Shown here piece after piece: positions 50,201 to 59,977 of a stretch of DNA of 64,000 nt (its first letter is position 1; every line of letters starts with the position of its first letter). Location of the stretch: contig OX638156.1 in assembly GCA_951804945.1 (NCBI GenBank), positions 51,894,001 through 51,958,000 of the forward strand, written 5' to 3'. The notes beneath the pieces were generated by a model that ran no database searches, had not been told where the DNA came from, and saw nothing but the letters and a program-made list of their open reading frames with translations. The DNA is from Podarcis cretensis. Taxonomy: Eukaryota. The position numbers were made by a program, and so were the translations under genes.

Positions 50201-53200
50201 AAAACGAAGCAGCACCCAGGGATGGAGGAGAATGTGAAAATGTTGAGCTGCTATGATGATCATCCTGGCATGGACTTGTCAAAAAGGAAACCACCCGGGA
50301 AGCAAAATGGGCATAAAGAGAGAGTGGCGAGCTGGTTTCCAGACCAGGGAGAGGAAAGGCTCGGAACACAGAGCAGCAGGGAGTCCGCTCAGAACAAGGC
50401 TAGTGACCTGGCAACGTATGGTGAGGCCAACGCTGATGCAAGTGCCCAAACAAAGGTCAGAAGGAAAAACTGCAGGAGCCCCTTTATGCCTCAAAGGCAG
50501 GAAGCCAAAACCATGTCAGAGCTGAAGCAGACCAAGAGCCTGAACCGCCCTCCTTCTCCAGGGAACAGCCTGCTCTCTGCGAAGGATGCCAAGAAGCGCA
50601 AGCTGCGGAGCGGCACCTGGAGCAAGGAGCTCATCCACAAGATTGTCCAGCAGAAGAACAAGCTGCACAAGCTGCACAGCAAGGGCGGCAAAGCCGTGCC
50701 GCTCTCCTTGCTTGCTGAGCGAATGCTCCCTGAAGCCAAGGACAGCAAGTTTGGCGAGTACGAATACATCTCAGAATCGGATGATGAGCGCGTGGAATAC
50801 GCCAAGCGGCACTGCAGGAGGAAGGCGGGGCAGCGGTTCAACGGGAGGCTGAGGAGCAGCCTCAGTCGGAGGCGCCAAGGGAGAGCAGGGAGGGAGAAGG
50901 ACAAGGAGCCGGCGTGGAGGTATGGTCAGAGGAGGAGCAGAGAGGAGCCCCAAAGGGCTGCCAGCAAAGAGCCTGGAAGTAAAAATGAATGCACGGGCAG
51001 AGTGTGGCGCAGGTGCAGCCGCTCTTCCACCAGCAGCTGCCAGAGCACCAGCCTGTCCAGTGAGATGAGCAACAGCCCTCAAAGCACTGAGAGGGCCGAT
51101 TCTGACACTGAGAAGGAAAGCGAAGAGAGGAAGAGGTTGCTGCACGCCGCACCACATCCACGAGAGCAGCCGGACATTCCTGAGAAAGAAGTGGTAGGAG
51201 GAAGAAGCCAAAGAATGACCTCTGAGTTGTCCAGTGAGCAAGGCAGTATCAACTCACCCCCAGTTCAGGCAGCAGGTTTCCAGGTGCATCAGAGCCCCAG
51301 CATGTCCCCAGTCCTTTGCACAAATGGAGACGAAGGTTTGCTCCGGGCCAAGGGGAAGAGCTATCACAGCAGTGGCCTTCTTAACCAGAACCCCACTGGG
51401 CTCTTTGGCACTGAGGATGCAGAACAGTCCCACGGGGGATCAAGGCACAATGATGATAAGCCCCTGGCTGCACCGAAAGACGCCGAGCAATGTTCGCTGG
51501 AAAGGAATCAGTGCTGGCCCCAGTTTGCTGCCTACAATGGAGAGGCCTTGAAATACCACCTGGATGAACTCAGTGGCCCATCCTCTGATGGCAGCCATGA
51601 CATCCCCAGTGACAAGCGCAACAGCTATGAACAAGTAGACCTCAAGTGTTCAAAGAAACCATTGATTGTGGCTCCAATCAGCTGTTTCCGAGACAATCCC
51701 ATGGGCATAGGGATAGCCAGGAAAGGAGCTGCTGCGCTCGTTGATGCTGCTGGTGCATTTTATGACTGCAAAGGGTTATCTAACAGCTTTGAGTCATCGG
51801 GCCTTTTCTCGGATGCTGCAGGTGTGGAACCATCACACAGCAACAATGTGTTCCTCTGCCAAGGGGGCATTGACCTCAGCTCATTCAAACAGAAGCACCC
51901 TGAGATCACGCCCTATGAAGGTGATAATCATGAACAAAGCAAAGTCCCCTCACCTCTTAGCTTTGATTCTTCATCAGTATTCGGGGAGCTGCCTGTGGCC
52001 GAGTTTGATGCCACCTTATATGATGGTGTGGTATCAAGCAAGGACAATTACGTGGCCTTTGAGTGTGCTGGCCATCATCAGCTCAGCAAAACCACCCCCT
52101 TTGACCAGCAGTATTCTCCATTCCCACAAGAGAAAGACTGGAATCTGATGGAGGGGACACCCCCAGTTTTGCCAGAAGACATTGCCCAGTTTCACAGCCT
52201 CCCTGTTGAAAAAACAGCCTCTAAAAGGTACCCTGGCGAGATCAACCAAATCCCTTTAGCCGAAAGGATGGCTGATTACAGTATGGCTTTCATGAGCACT
52301 ATCTCAGATGATGAGCTCGAGATCAAAAGGTTAGTCACTGAGTTGGAAAGCCAGCTGCAAGCAAACAAGCTGAACATGGAAGTATCCGATGAACACCAAG
52401 CTCCCAGACAACCTACCAGCACAGATAAGAAGGAAGCCACCCACCAGTTTTCACTCTTAACCCTCGACCAGGAAAGCAATGGAAAAGGGCTGTTCCTAAC
52501 AGAAGCTGAGTTTGAGAAAGCAAGCCTCCTTTCTACAAAAGCCTGTGTCTGTGAAAACTCAGGGAATGAGAAAAGTCTCCTTGCAACTTTAGATAGCAAG
52601 TACAGAAGCCACAGGGACCCTTGGCCATGTCCGGTGCCATTCAGCCCAATGCACTCCACCATGCACACACCATCTGCCACAGATCTGATTTTGGGAGGTC
52701 CTTTTAACTCCAAAGAGGACCAAGACAAGCTTCATGACAACCTGAAGGGTATTGAAATCTCCGAGGAAGATGACTTCAGTGAAATGCAGGCTGCACCTGC
52801 CAGAATCATGCCAGATCCATGCCCTTCAGGCATCTCTGACGATTTGCGAGTTCCAAGCTACACAGAGCATTTGATCCAAAGCCCTGATCCATTGTTCCCT
52901 AAAACTCTGGAGGCAGCTGAGCTAAATGCGCATGAGCCTTTGCCTCTGAGAGGGGAGGCGTTTGCAGAACTGCCACCAAAGGAAAAATCTTTTGATGGTG
53001 CTGCTGAGTTGGAAACGTACGGGCAGCAAGTTCTGTGTTTGAAGTCAGATTTTGGACTACAAGATGTTGGTGGTCCAGAGCTTGATGGCAACTTGCCCTC
53101 TAGTGCCCAAAGCATCAAGGACCCAGAAATGCTGGAGAGCATCACACTCTTCCCAAGGGATGAGGATGGATCTGCCCTTCTGGATAAGTCCCGACAGACT

Positions 53201-56200
53201 GTTTGCCACTCTCCAGCCCTTCACAATAAAGCTGGAGATGGGAAAATACTGGTTTTTGACACATTGCCATTTTCAAAGGAGATGAATGGGGAGGTAGAAG
53301 ATGTGTCCACTCCCCAGGAGAAGGCAGGCAACCCATTGCAGCAGCTGCAGTTGTTTGTGGCCAGGACGGCCAAAAGCAACGAGGAGGACTTGCTGATGCC
53401 ATGCTTTCCAGCCCTGCAGCCCACCTCCCACTTGCCTGCAAGTGTTGACATTCAGTCTGAACAGGAAGAGGCATCTATGGGCCCTGTTGCAAGTGAGGAG
53501 GTGGCTGAAAGTCCCACAGTGAAAGAAAGGAAGAGCTCCCTGGCAGACGAATCTGAGAACAGGACCAAGGCATCTGATTCAACTGAACTATTTTTTGAAC
53601 CAGGCAAACAGGCAGAATATCTTGGTGAAAGGGCTCCCTGCACTACAGAGCAATCAGCCCTTCAGAGCCCTGAAAGACACAATCCCATTGCAGAGGAGAA
53701 GGAGCAGGAGCAGCACCTAAAATATGACTGTTTTGAGGAGGTGGGTGACATTAAACTGTGTGCAGGTGGCATTTCCCCAGAGCACAGACACCTCTCACCA
53801 CTCAGCGGCTCAATGGTGACCTCATTGCTAAGGGAAGAGAGAACGCAAGGCTGTCAAGGTACAGGAGAGGTGGTAGAAGATCAGCAGAATGCAACCCTGG
53901 CATTTAGGAGCCACAGAAAATCCCCCTTAAGCTCTGGATCATTTGAAAATGAAACACTAGGCTGTGCTTTGCCAGCCACGCTCAAGGGACTTGTGGCTCA
54001 CTGCACACCTTGGGGCGAAGCCTGCTGTGAGGATCAAGTGTTGTGTGCTGCAGAAGTCCACCAGATGGAAAGGAGTGGTGATCAGGTGGGACAGTTGCAA
54101 TGTCATGTGACTTTGGCTCCCAGCAACTCACCTGAAAATCAACATCAGGATGATTACTGCTTGCACGGGAGAGGTTTCTGCTTGGGAACTAGCCCAGTTT
54201 CAGAAGAAGGCCAGAACTTGGAGGAGCAAGCCAGCCACTGTGCAGAAGCTTTGTCTCTGGAAGTCAGCTTGGCTAGTCAGAAAGAAGTGCTGAAAAGTGA
54301 CACAGGCAGCGTAACACTCTCTGACTTTGGAGTACCACCATCTGAAGAGAGTCCGACTGCTGCTGGGGAGCAGCAGATTCCCCTTGTGTGCAGGTGCTCC
54401 TCTAGTGCTGAGAAGACTGTTGTTGGGAATCCCATGCAGGATTATTCGGAGCACCAAGAATGGACAGAAGCACCACAATTTCTACCCAGCATGCTCCCTT
54501 GTGGCGCCACCTCTCTTTTGCTGTCAGATACGATCAATAGTAGTCAACAGCACATTGAAGAAGATGCCACCAGCACCTTGGCAGAACCTGAAAAGGTTGT
54601 CCGTACACCACCTGCCTCTTCCCTGTGCTCTAGCGACCTGGCAGTTCCTCCTGTAGAGATACAAATACCCTTGAAATTACAAGCCAACAGCTGCACATCT
54701 CCCAGCCTGCTACCTTCTAAAAATAATGATATTCCCGAAGAACTATCCAAGCATCCAGGTCATGAAGACAGTGGCATGTGCTCTGTGACGGATGTGATTA
54801 CCTGTTCTCAGTCAGCATCCTTGCAAAACATCATGCTTGACCAGCCTGCATCAGAGACAGATTCTGCTCAGCTTACAAATACAAAGACAAATCAAAACAG
54901 GGAGTTAATGTCAAAGCCTCAGGGGCCAAAGGAGGCTCAGATTTGCCTCCAGAAAGGCAGCAAAGATCAAGCTCAACCAGAGATCCTTAATGATCAAGAG
55001 ATGGCCACTGCTGACCTTGCAGGAACAGCTAATGCCAGTGAGGTTCACCTTAGTGCTGGCCAATTTCCAGAGACCACAGAGACTGGGATCAAGAAGGCTT
55101 CACAAGACATGGACAGCAGAGGCAACAGTTTGAAGAATGAAGGCTCTGAGAGTGTGAAAGGGTACATTAGCTACACAGAACAAGAGGAAGGCAATGATGA
55201 AAGTCTGAAAGATGATTTCAAGACCAAGCAAGCAAAAGAAAAGAAGGGGAAAGGACTGCAAGTCACCTGTGATATTTGCACAGTTCGTTTTAGAACCAAA
55301 ACTGGGTTGATGAGGCACAAAACTGTGAAACATCAGGAGAAAAAGGAGACCACTCCGTTGCCAGGCCTGGACTGTGCTCCACTGGAAAAGGCATTCACGG
55401 CAAGCAAGCAACTCTCTCGGAGAAACAGCAGGGCTTCCATCAAAGAGAGAGCAAGCAGCTCACACCTGTCAAAAGCAGGCGTTAGCCAACCATTTCCCAA
55501 ATCCTGCAGGAGCCAAAGGAAAGAGCCCAGTCCAGAGATCCAAGAAGTTGTTAGTAAGGTGCTCGGTGACCTAAGTGTGATTTCATTTGATGTAACCCAG
55601 GAACTCCAAAGTACAGATGTTCCAAATGAAGACATGAAAACAACGTCGCTAAGGACAGAGGCAGAGAGATTGGGCAACTCAGCACCTGGCTCTAAACCAG
55701 GGCCAGACACAGGAGGGAAAGACAAAGAGGCTGGTGCTGGTGGGTTGGGCAGTTTTGCCAGGAAGAAATTGAAGGAAAAGGCAAGAAAAGCCAAAGTATT
55801 TCCCAATGAAACCATCGAATCTTCTCATCTAGAGAGTGAGATCCCTGAGCTTCGCTCCACAATGATTCCCTGCACTGTCAACCTCCTTCTGACCACTGTC
55901 TCTAAAGAACTGGAGAGCAGCACTCCAACACCTGGCCTCCAAGAACAGGCAAGGGCACAGTCACCATTGCCACTTCACCCTCCAATAGTCAAGGACTTGG
56001 AAGAAGTTGGTGAAAAGACATCATCAGCCCAAGAGATGGCTGGGCAAGAGCTTCTTCAGGATGTAGGGAGCTGTAATGAGCAATTGGTGGATCCAGGGTT
56101 GAAAGGACACTTGCCAGAGAAGTGGATGAGCAGGTACCCAAAACAAGTTGAGGAAAGGTTGAGCAATGTCTGTGAAGAACCAGGTGAGGATATCAGCATG

Positions 56201-59200
56201 GAAAAACCAGAGTCATCTGAAGAGAATCCACCCAAAGAGATTTGCTGTAGAAATCAAAAGAGGCCATCAATGTATACACCAAGTCCCAACAGCCTCCAGC
56301 AGTCCTGCCATGCTGGAGCAGTTGAAGAGGACTTCCCTGAAACCATATCAGAAAAAGCTTCCAGTGGTGTCCCTTATCCCACAGAGTCCAAGCCTTTGAG
56401 GATGGAAGAGCTTCAGATGAGGAATAAATCTCAGGGGGATGAGGGGGATGCCATGGGTCCAGACCTGCAGAGTTTGTTTGATGATGACTCCACGTTTTCA
56501 CAACTTTTCCCCAGGAATGACCGGTTTGCCCATCGGAAGTGCAGGCGGGTATATGGAAAGCGGACCAAGAAGCCCAAACCTGTCATAGAAGTGAACCCCA
56601 GGCCAGAAGGCATGGCGGGTCTCTTTACAACCAGGATGGCTTCAGATCTAGGAGAAACCAGCTCTTTCTGTGTCACCAGGGAGGACCCTTGTGAGTACGA
56701 CACCATCTCCATTGATGACGCTCTGACTCTCAACATGTGTCATGGCAGCAAAGCAATAGTAAGTGATATCAATTCCAGATCTACCAAAAAAGTTCTGCAG
56801 CCAGACGATGCCAGGCAAAGGGAGGACATTACTGATTTGAAGAGCGATGGCACAATAAGGAGTCCAACAGAGGATCTTCCAAGCTTGAGTAGTTGGGGTA
56901 GTCTTGAGAAGAAGACGGAAGGCATTTCTGTTGACAGAACATTGCTCAGCCCATCCGTGGAACTGACAAATGGGCAATCATCAATGGCTCCCAGTCCAGA
57001 ACCTCCTGACCTGGAAGAAGAATCCTATGACACTAGGATGAATGAAAATCCTGGCTTGTCTGAGTTTCATACAATTGATATGGATATGTTGAACACAAAG
57101 TTTGAGATGAGAGATGTGTGCTTCTACAACATTGGGGAAGATCATCGCAGCCACACTGATGATGAATGCACCTCAGGGTTCAAGCCACCATCACCAGCCC
57201 AGCAAGGCAGACCCATCAAAAATAAGCTAGGAGAAGGAAAGCAGGGGAAAACCCGTAGCGACTTGAATCTCAAGGCTAAAGACAAGCAATACAAGTGCAA
57301 GGTGTGTTTCCAGTGGTTCCTCACTTTAGGGGAGCTGGACTTCCACAAGCTCACTCACAACCCTTCTCCTCCACCAACATGCTACATGTGTGTCCAGAGG
57401 AAGTTCAGCTCCCGGGAGCAGCTAAGGGACCATTTGAAGGAGAAGCATGCCAAGAACAAAGCCGGCTTGTGGGCCTGTGGGATGTGCCTGAAGGAAATAT
57501 CTGACGTCTGGATGTACAATGAGCACTTACGAGAGCATGCCACTCAGTTTGCCCGGAAAGGCCAGGCTCAGAAATCTGTCCTGGGTGGGTTGCCCAGCTG
57601 CTTCAGTGATGATGATGATGCTGTCACGCATTTCCTGAACTCTATCATATGCCGGAAACCCAACAAATCAGCCAAGCATGCTGAGCCTGGCAGCAAAGCA
57701 CCTGCTTGCAAAGAGAGCAAAAGTCCCAAGGAACCCCAAGGAGGGCAAGAAGTAACTGTCAACAAGGACACCTTGGAGGTCCCACTAAGAACCAAGCCAA
57801 CTGTTGCCTCTCCCAAAGCAACAGCCCCATCTCCCGACCCTGCCCCTAAAGCCGAAGGGGCTCCAAAGTTGGCTCCCATGCACCCAGAATGCAAAGATCC
57901 CTCTCGAGATTGCCATCACTGTGGGAAGCAGTTCCCCAAGCCCTTCAAGCTCCAGCGCCACCTGGTGGTGCACAGCTTGCAGAAGATCTACCTGTGCCAC
58001 AAATGCCCAATGTTTTACCAGGAAACCAAAGAGCTTCGGAACCACCTCAGCCAAGAGCATGGAACGGCTGAGGAAGCAGACATCAAGCACACCACGCTCT
58101 ATGCCTGTGAGCTCTGTGCGGATGTCATGCATGTCATCAAGAAGTCTTTCATCTGCAGCACCTGCAACTACACCTTCTCCAAAAAGGAGCAGTATGACCG
58201 GCACATGGAGAAGCACCTGGTGGGGAGCAGCAAGACCTTCCGATTCCGAGGAGTGATGCGGCCAGGAGTCTCGGCCAAGGATGGGGATAAGAAAGTGAAA
58301 GAGGAAGGACACCTGCGGGAAGACATACCAGCAGCCAAAAAGAAAAAGTTGGTGCATCGCAACACCTTGCTTGCACCTTGCTTGCACTTACCTGTGCAGG
58401 CAGATTGCACCTGTGTCCCCCAACTAGGGAGTGAACCTCTGCTGTCTCCAAATGAGCCTCTATCCACAGCAGCCAATGTGGCCACAACACCTCGACCCCA
58501 GACCTCCGTAAAAACAGAAGACCTGGTGGGCCGCTACTCCAGTCTCCTGGGTGAAATTGCAAAAACCCAGTGTGATTGTCTGCCTCCCCCTTTTCCAGTT
58601 TTGCCCCAGGATGAATCAGGTGGCCCAGAACTCAAGCCCACCACTGCACTTTCTGCAAGGCAGCTGGTGAAAGGAGACTCCCTCGGCGACAATCCACCTC
58701 CTTCCATAGACTCTACTGATGCAGTTAGTATTGATCTAGCCAGCTTAACACATAAGCAAGCAGCACCACCAACACAAAAGCTGCCTCCAGTTCATTTCTC
58801 TGAGAAGCACAGCAAAGAGGCAGTGGCCCCAGAAAAAGTCACCTCTAACAGCAAAGGTGAACATGCCATGGGAACCTGGGACAGCCCACATTTCCAAGAA
58901 GAACCCGTGAGCAAGATGCCTGACCTTTCTGCTCCAAATCTGGGGGCGACAGAATGCAAGGGGACTCCCAAAACTGAGTGGAGCGGCAATCCTGATCTAA
59001 GTGATACAGCTCCTCAGGAAAGTGCGACCAAGATGCACTTACCTGAAGCAACCTTCCACATGTTCCTGCTGAAGGACAAGACCTCCTCACTTGCCCTCAA
59101 CCGGTCTGCCAAAGAGATGCCTTCAAAGAAGGTCACAGGTAGTCAGACCTATGCCGAGAACGACCCCAGTGTCCATTGCTCCCTGGGCAGTGCAGAAGAG

Positions 59201-59977
59201 ACTCAGAAGCCACCACCCTTAAAAGACAAGGCCCTCCCAGAGATGGGTGCTGCTTATTCCAGAGACAACGGCACCAGTGTTGGCATCAAAGAGATGGGAA
59301 GCAACCCCGTCAAGCCTGTGAGCGGCCACCTCCGGAGCGAGGTGGGAAGTGCCCAGGCAAAGCACAGCCACCCTGACCTGAGCAAATGCCCAGAGAGACC
59401 CATTGCTAATGGGCTGACCAAGCTTCACCCCAAAAAGCGGAAAGAACACAAATCCGCTCACAAAGGAAGCTCAGCCTCCCGCGAGAACATTGAGGGGGAT
59501 GGCAACAAGAAGAAAAAAGCCCGGACGCCGGATGCTGGGAGGAGCGACGCTGCTGGAGGGTTCAAAAGGGCTGATTGGCCCAACAGTGATGCTTTTGCTC
59601 TTTCCCCCCGGAGGAGGGACCCTCACTGCAACAAACTGAGCCCTACGCTCAAGGTGTCCATGGCTGGCGGCCAGCTCAAAAAGATGGTGCTTGACCAATG
59701 CTTTCAGAAGAAGGCGGAGATCCGCCACGCCAATGGAGACCTGAAACGCAAGAAGGACCTCTTGGCCAGCAAGGCCTTCCACCACCCCCTTTTAGCCAAA
59801 GACCCCTCTGCCTCCCTGCCAGGCTCTTTGAGCCGGCACAGAGCTGTCCAAGGTGCTAAGCTGCCCGACTCTCACAATTACAGGACAGCTGAATCCCAGA
59901 ACAATCTCCTAAGCCAACTGTTTGGGCAGAAATTAAGTAGCTTTAAAATTCCTTTAAGAAGAGATACTTCTGAGTAA
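47228..59977 (+). CDS. ZNF469: Zinc finger protein 469, single giant coding exon (~4249 aa)
   Basis: 12.75-kb uninterrupted ORF. First ATG at 47228 in ACCATGA context, with an in-frame stop upstream at 47180-47182. The C-terminal C2H2 cluster (CKVCFQWFLTLGELDFHKLTH, CYMCVQRKFSSREQLRDHLKEKH, CGMCLKEISDVWMYNEHLREH, CHHCGKQFPKPFKLQRHLVVH) and the terminus LLSQLFGQKLSSFKIPLRRDTSE are recognised as ZNF469. The rest is low-complexity S/P/E-rich sequence. Confidence 0.95.
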   Translation: MMGETQHAYATNDTEPSAQDKDTGFEQFGKKDVGEFDGQLQEGSESCLHTGTENGSSFTGVKDKEPHNQREAVIRPQQAGKIDFKSLHNRPKFLSDGPWGSVKGSPQSPPGKSRARDKNKRSGKGERGHQQLYRLTISNARPNPTIGIAYPQQKVTPPKKVEVGRGPISGSYRFHVPSIPEREVELQQEDLSFARCFPEAPSSHISSNFTSPTPTARPAHSAKLQLPAGVPHENSGTNGQLHYVEFQGNGNSSWPLPEKSLPGANNGLSAPKACPLFPESSKPSTHCVGPLSFQYPFQTLHSSAADPFQGDIHAQDYIDVSLAASQASHGAFAFHPSSREWKEEALAGGSYDHVGLEGRMYGLAPQQAPFLPSQTQGHLPCYKGRNEHSTDHNGAISPSGAIDQTSSTFQENQGVFPPSLHVSSLPKPIGKRQSLLTDNVASQRILDPGGTLRRNMPQVSLPQVHFQNKPYGDPTASAASLGSVPFEKSLPTTVQAQPRLLQSWEGGKKAYPPMEQSSSVYPSPAGNQLSFGCHPGAEQRQHIKKAWQQLRLTSAMPSQDRIELSRKLASQKPPFPLGASDWDSSSKVQKNSTPSYPSKVLLTGEGVVRQQHDPGSKNCTPANAFGFDGAKDTELPGMCVSRGKPLFFSVSQALPLTSSRLSSNPALVLPPSALTASPADSPLPSPAPHQASSGSTCSSLSPTSSSPNSHSFEDGTVLTTSPFFHHQCHPKDLSEPFHASDSLSSTTIHYQAADPLKGFHLSQGASKDELLYRGVPVDSHVQKPEADASKGCLEGFEAELPPPPYSSHHFLASTLSSTSLDQLDVFLTCKQCDQNFSTLSSFLDHRQFCSSHTALQGPSKGSSRGAEIRRQHQVPPESTKHPQAGLGLLLPPVDFADGESKGESKEDPLKASQLNGLAPNPMPLSASDLEIDDAKLDSLITEALNGLGYQSDNPEIDSSFIDVFADEELASVKVTNGGTTYKAKESVGSGKKTKQHPGMEENVKMLSCYDDHPGMDLSKRKPPGKQNGHKERVASWFPDQGEERLGTQSSRESAQNKASDLATYGEANADASAQTKVRRKNCRSPFMPQRQEAKTMSELKQTKSLNRPPSPGNSLLSAKDAKKRKLRSGTWSKELIHKIVQQKNKLHKLHSKGGKAVPLSLLAERMLPEAKDSKFGEYEYISESDDERVEYAKRHCRRKAGQRFNGRLRSSLSRRRQGRAGREKDKEPAWRYGQRRSREEPQRAASKEPGSKNECTGRVWRRCSRSSTSSCQSTSLSSEMSNSPQSTERADSDTEKESEERKRLLHAAPHPREQPDIPEKEVVGGRSQRMTSELSSEQGSINSPPVQAAGFQVHQSPSMSPVLCTNGDEGLLRAKGKSYHSSGLLNQNPTGLFGTEDAEQSHGGSRHNDDKPLAAPKDAEQCSLERNQCWPQFAAYNGEALKYHLDELSGPSSDGSHDIPSDKRNSYEQVDLKCSKKPLIVAPISCFRDNPMGIGIARKGAAALVDAAGAFYDCKGLSNSFESSGLFSDAAGVEPSHSNNVFLCQGGIDLSSFKQKHPEITPYEGDNHEQSKVPSPLSFDSSSVFGELPVAEFDATLYDGVVSSKDNYVAFECAGHHQLSKTTPFDQQYSPFPQEKDWNLMEGTPPVLPEDIAQFHSLPVEKTASKRYPGEINQIPLAERMADYSMAFMSTISDDELEIKRLVTELESQLQANKLNMEVSDEHQAPRQPTSTDKKEATHQFSLLTLDQESNGKGLFLTEAEFEKASLLSTKACVCENSGNEKSLLATLDSKYRSHRDPWPCPVPFSPMHSTMHTPSATDLILGGPFNSKEDQDKLHDNLKGIEISEEDDFSEMQAAPARIMPDPCPSGISDDLRVPSYTEHLIQSPDPLFPKTLEAAELNAHEPLPLRGEAFAELPPKEKSFDGAAELETYGQQVLCLKSDFGLQDVGGPELDGNLPSSAQSIKDPEMLESITLFPRDEDGSALLDKSRQTVCHSPALHNKAGDGKILVFDTLPFSKEMNGEVEDVSTPQEKAGNPLQQLQLFVARTAKSNEEDLLMPCFPALQPTSHLPASVDIQSEQEEASMGPVASEEVAESPTVKERKSSLADESENRTKASDSTELFFEPGKQAEYLGERAPCTTEQSALQSPERHNPIAEEKEQEQHLKYDCFEEVGDIKLCAGGISPEHRHLSPLSGSMVTSLLREERTQGCQGTGEVVEDQQNATLAFRSHRKSPLSSGSFENETLGCALPATLKGLVAHCTPWGEACCEDQVLCAAEVHQMERSGDQVGQLQCHVTLAPSNSPENQHQDDYCLHGRGFCLGTSPVSEEGQNLEEQASHCAEALSLEVSLASQKEVLKSDTGSVTLSDFGVPPSEESPTAAGEQQIPLVCRCSSSAEKTVVGNPMQDYSEHQEWTEAPQFLPSMLPCGATSLLLSDTINSSQQHIEEDATSTLAEPEKVVRTPPASSLCSSDLAVPPVEIQIPLKLQANSCTSPSLLPSKNNDIPEELSKHPGHEDSGMCSVTDVITCSQSASLQNIMLDQPASETDSAQLTNTKTNQNRELMSKPQGPKEAQICLQKGSKDQAQPEILNDQEMATADLAGTANASEVHLSAGQFPETTETGIKKASQDMDSRGNSLKNEGSESVKGYISYTEQEEGNDESLKDDFKTKQAKEKKGKGLQVTCDICTVRFRTKTGLMRHKTVKHQEKKETTPLPGLDCAPLEKAFTASKQLSRRNSRASIKERASSSHLSKAGVSQPFPKSCRSQRKEPSPEIQEVVSKVLGDLSVISFDVTQELQSTDVPNEDMKTTSLRTEAERLGNSAPGSKPGPDTGGKDKEAGAGGLGSFARKKLKEKARKAKVFPNETIESSHLESEIPELRSTMIPCTVNLLLTTVSKELESSTPTPGLQEQARAQSPLPLHPPIVKDLEEVGEKTSSAQEMAGQELLQDVGSCNEQLVDPGLKGHLPEKWMSRYPKQVEERLSNVCEEPGEDISMEKPESSEENPPKEICCRNQKRPSMYTPSPNSLQQSCHAGAVEEDFPETISEKASSGVPYPTESKPLRMEELQMRNKSQGDEGDAMGPDLQSLFDDDSTFSQLFPRNDRFAHRKCRRVYGKRTKKPKPVIEVNPRPEGMAGLFTTRMASDLGETSSFCVTREDPCEYDTISIDDALTLNMCHGSKAIVSDINSRSTKKVLQPDDARQREDITDLKSDGTIRSPTEDLPSLSSWGSLEKKTEGISVDRTLLSPSVELTNGQSSMAPSPEPPDLEEESYDTRMNENPGLSEFHTIDMDMLNTKFEMRDVCFYNIGEDHRSHTDDECTSGFKPPSPAQQGRPIKNKLGEGKQGKTRSDLNLKAKDKQYKCKVCFQWFLTLGELDFHKLTHNPSPPPTCYMCVQRKFSSREQLRDHLKEKHAKNKAGLWACGMCLKEISDVWMYNEHLREHATQFARKGQAQKSVLGGLPSCFSDDDDAVTHFLNSIICRKPNKSAKHAEPGSKAPACKESKSPKEPQGGQEVTVNKDTLEVPLRTKPTVASPKATAPSPDPAPKAEGAPKLAPMHPECKDPSRDCHHCGKQFPKPFKLQRHLVVHSLQKIYLCHKCPMFYQETKELRNHLSQEHGTAEEADIKHTTLYACELCADVMHVIKKSFICSTCNYTFSKKEQYDRHMEKHLVGSSKTFRFRGVMRPGVSAKDGDKKVKEEGHLREDIPAAKKKKLVHRNTLLAPCLHLPVQADCTCVPQLGSEPLLSPNEPLSTAANVATTPRPQTSVKTEDLVGRYSSLLGEIAKTQCDCLPPPFPVLPQDESGGPELKPTTALSARQLVKGDSLGDNPPPSIDSTDAVSIDLASLTHKQAAPPTQKLPPVHFSEKHSKEAVAPEKVTSNSKGEHAMGTWDSPHFQEEPVSKMPDLSAPNLGATECKGTPKTEWSGNPDLSDTAPQESATKMHLPEATFHMFLLKDKTSSLALNRSAKEMPSKKVTGSQTYAENDPSVHCSLGSAEETQKPPPLKDKALPEMGAAYSRDNGTSVGIKEMGSNPVKPVSGHLRSEVGSAQAKHSHPDLSKCPERPIANGLTKLHPKKRKEHKSAHKGSSASRENIEGDGNKKKKARTPDAGRSDAAGGFKRADWPNSDAFALSPRRRDPHCNKLSPTLKVSMAGGQLKKMVLDQCFQKKAEIRHANGDLKRKKDLLASKAFHHPLLAKDPSASLPGSLSRHRAVQGAKLPDSHNYRTAESQNNLLSQLFGQKLSSFKIPLRRDTSE

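Noticed and set aside
47247-59785. Many overlapping and antisense ORFs inside ZNF469
   Set aside because: Expected by-products of a GC-rich long coding exon; none is recognisable.
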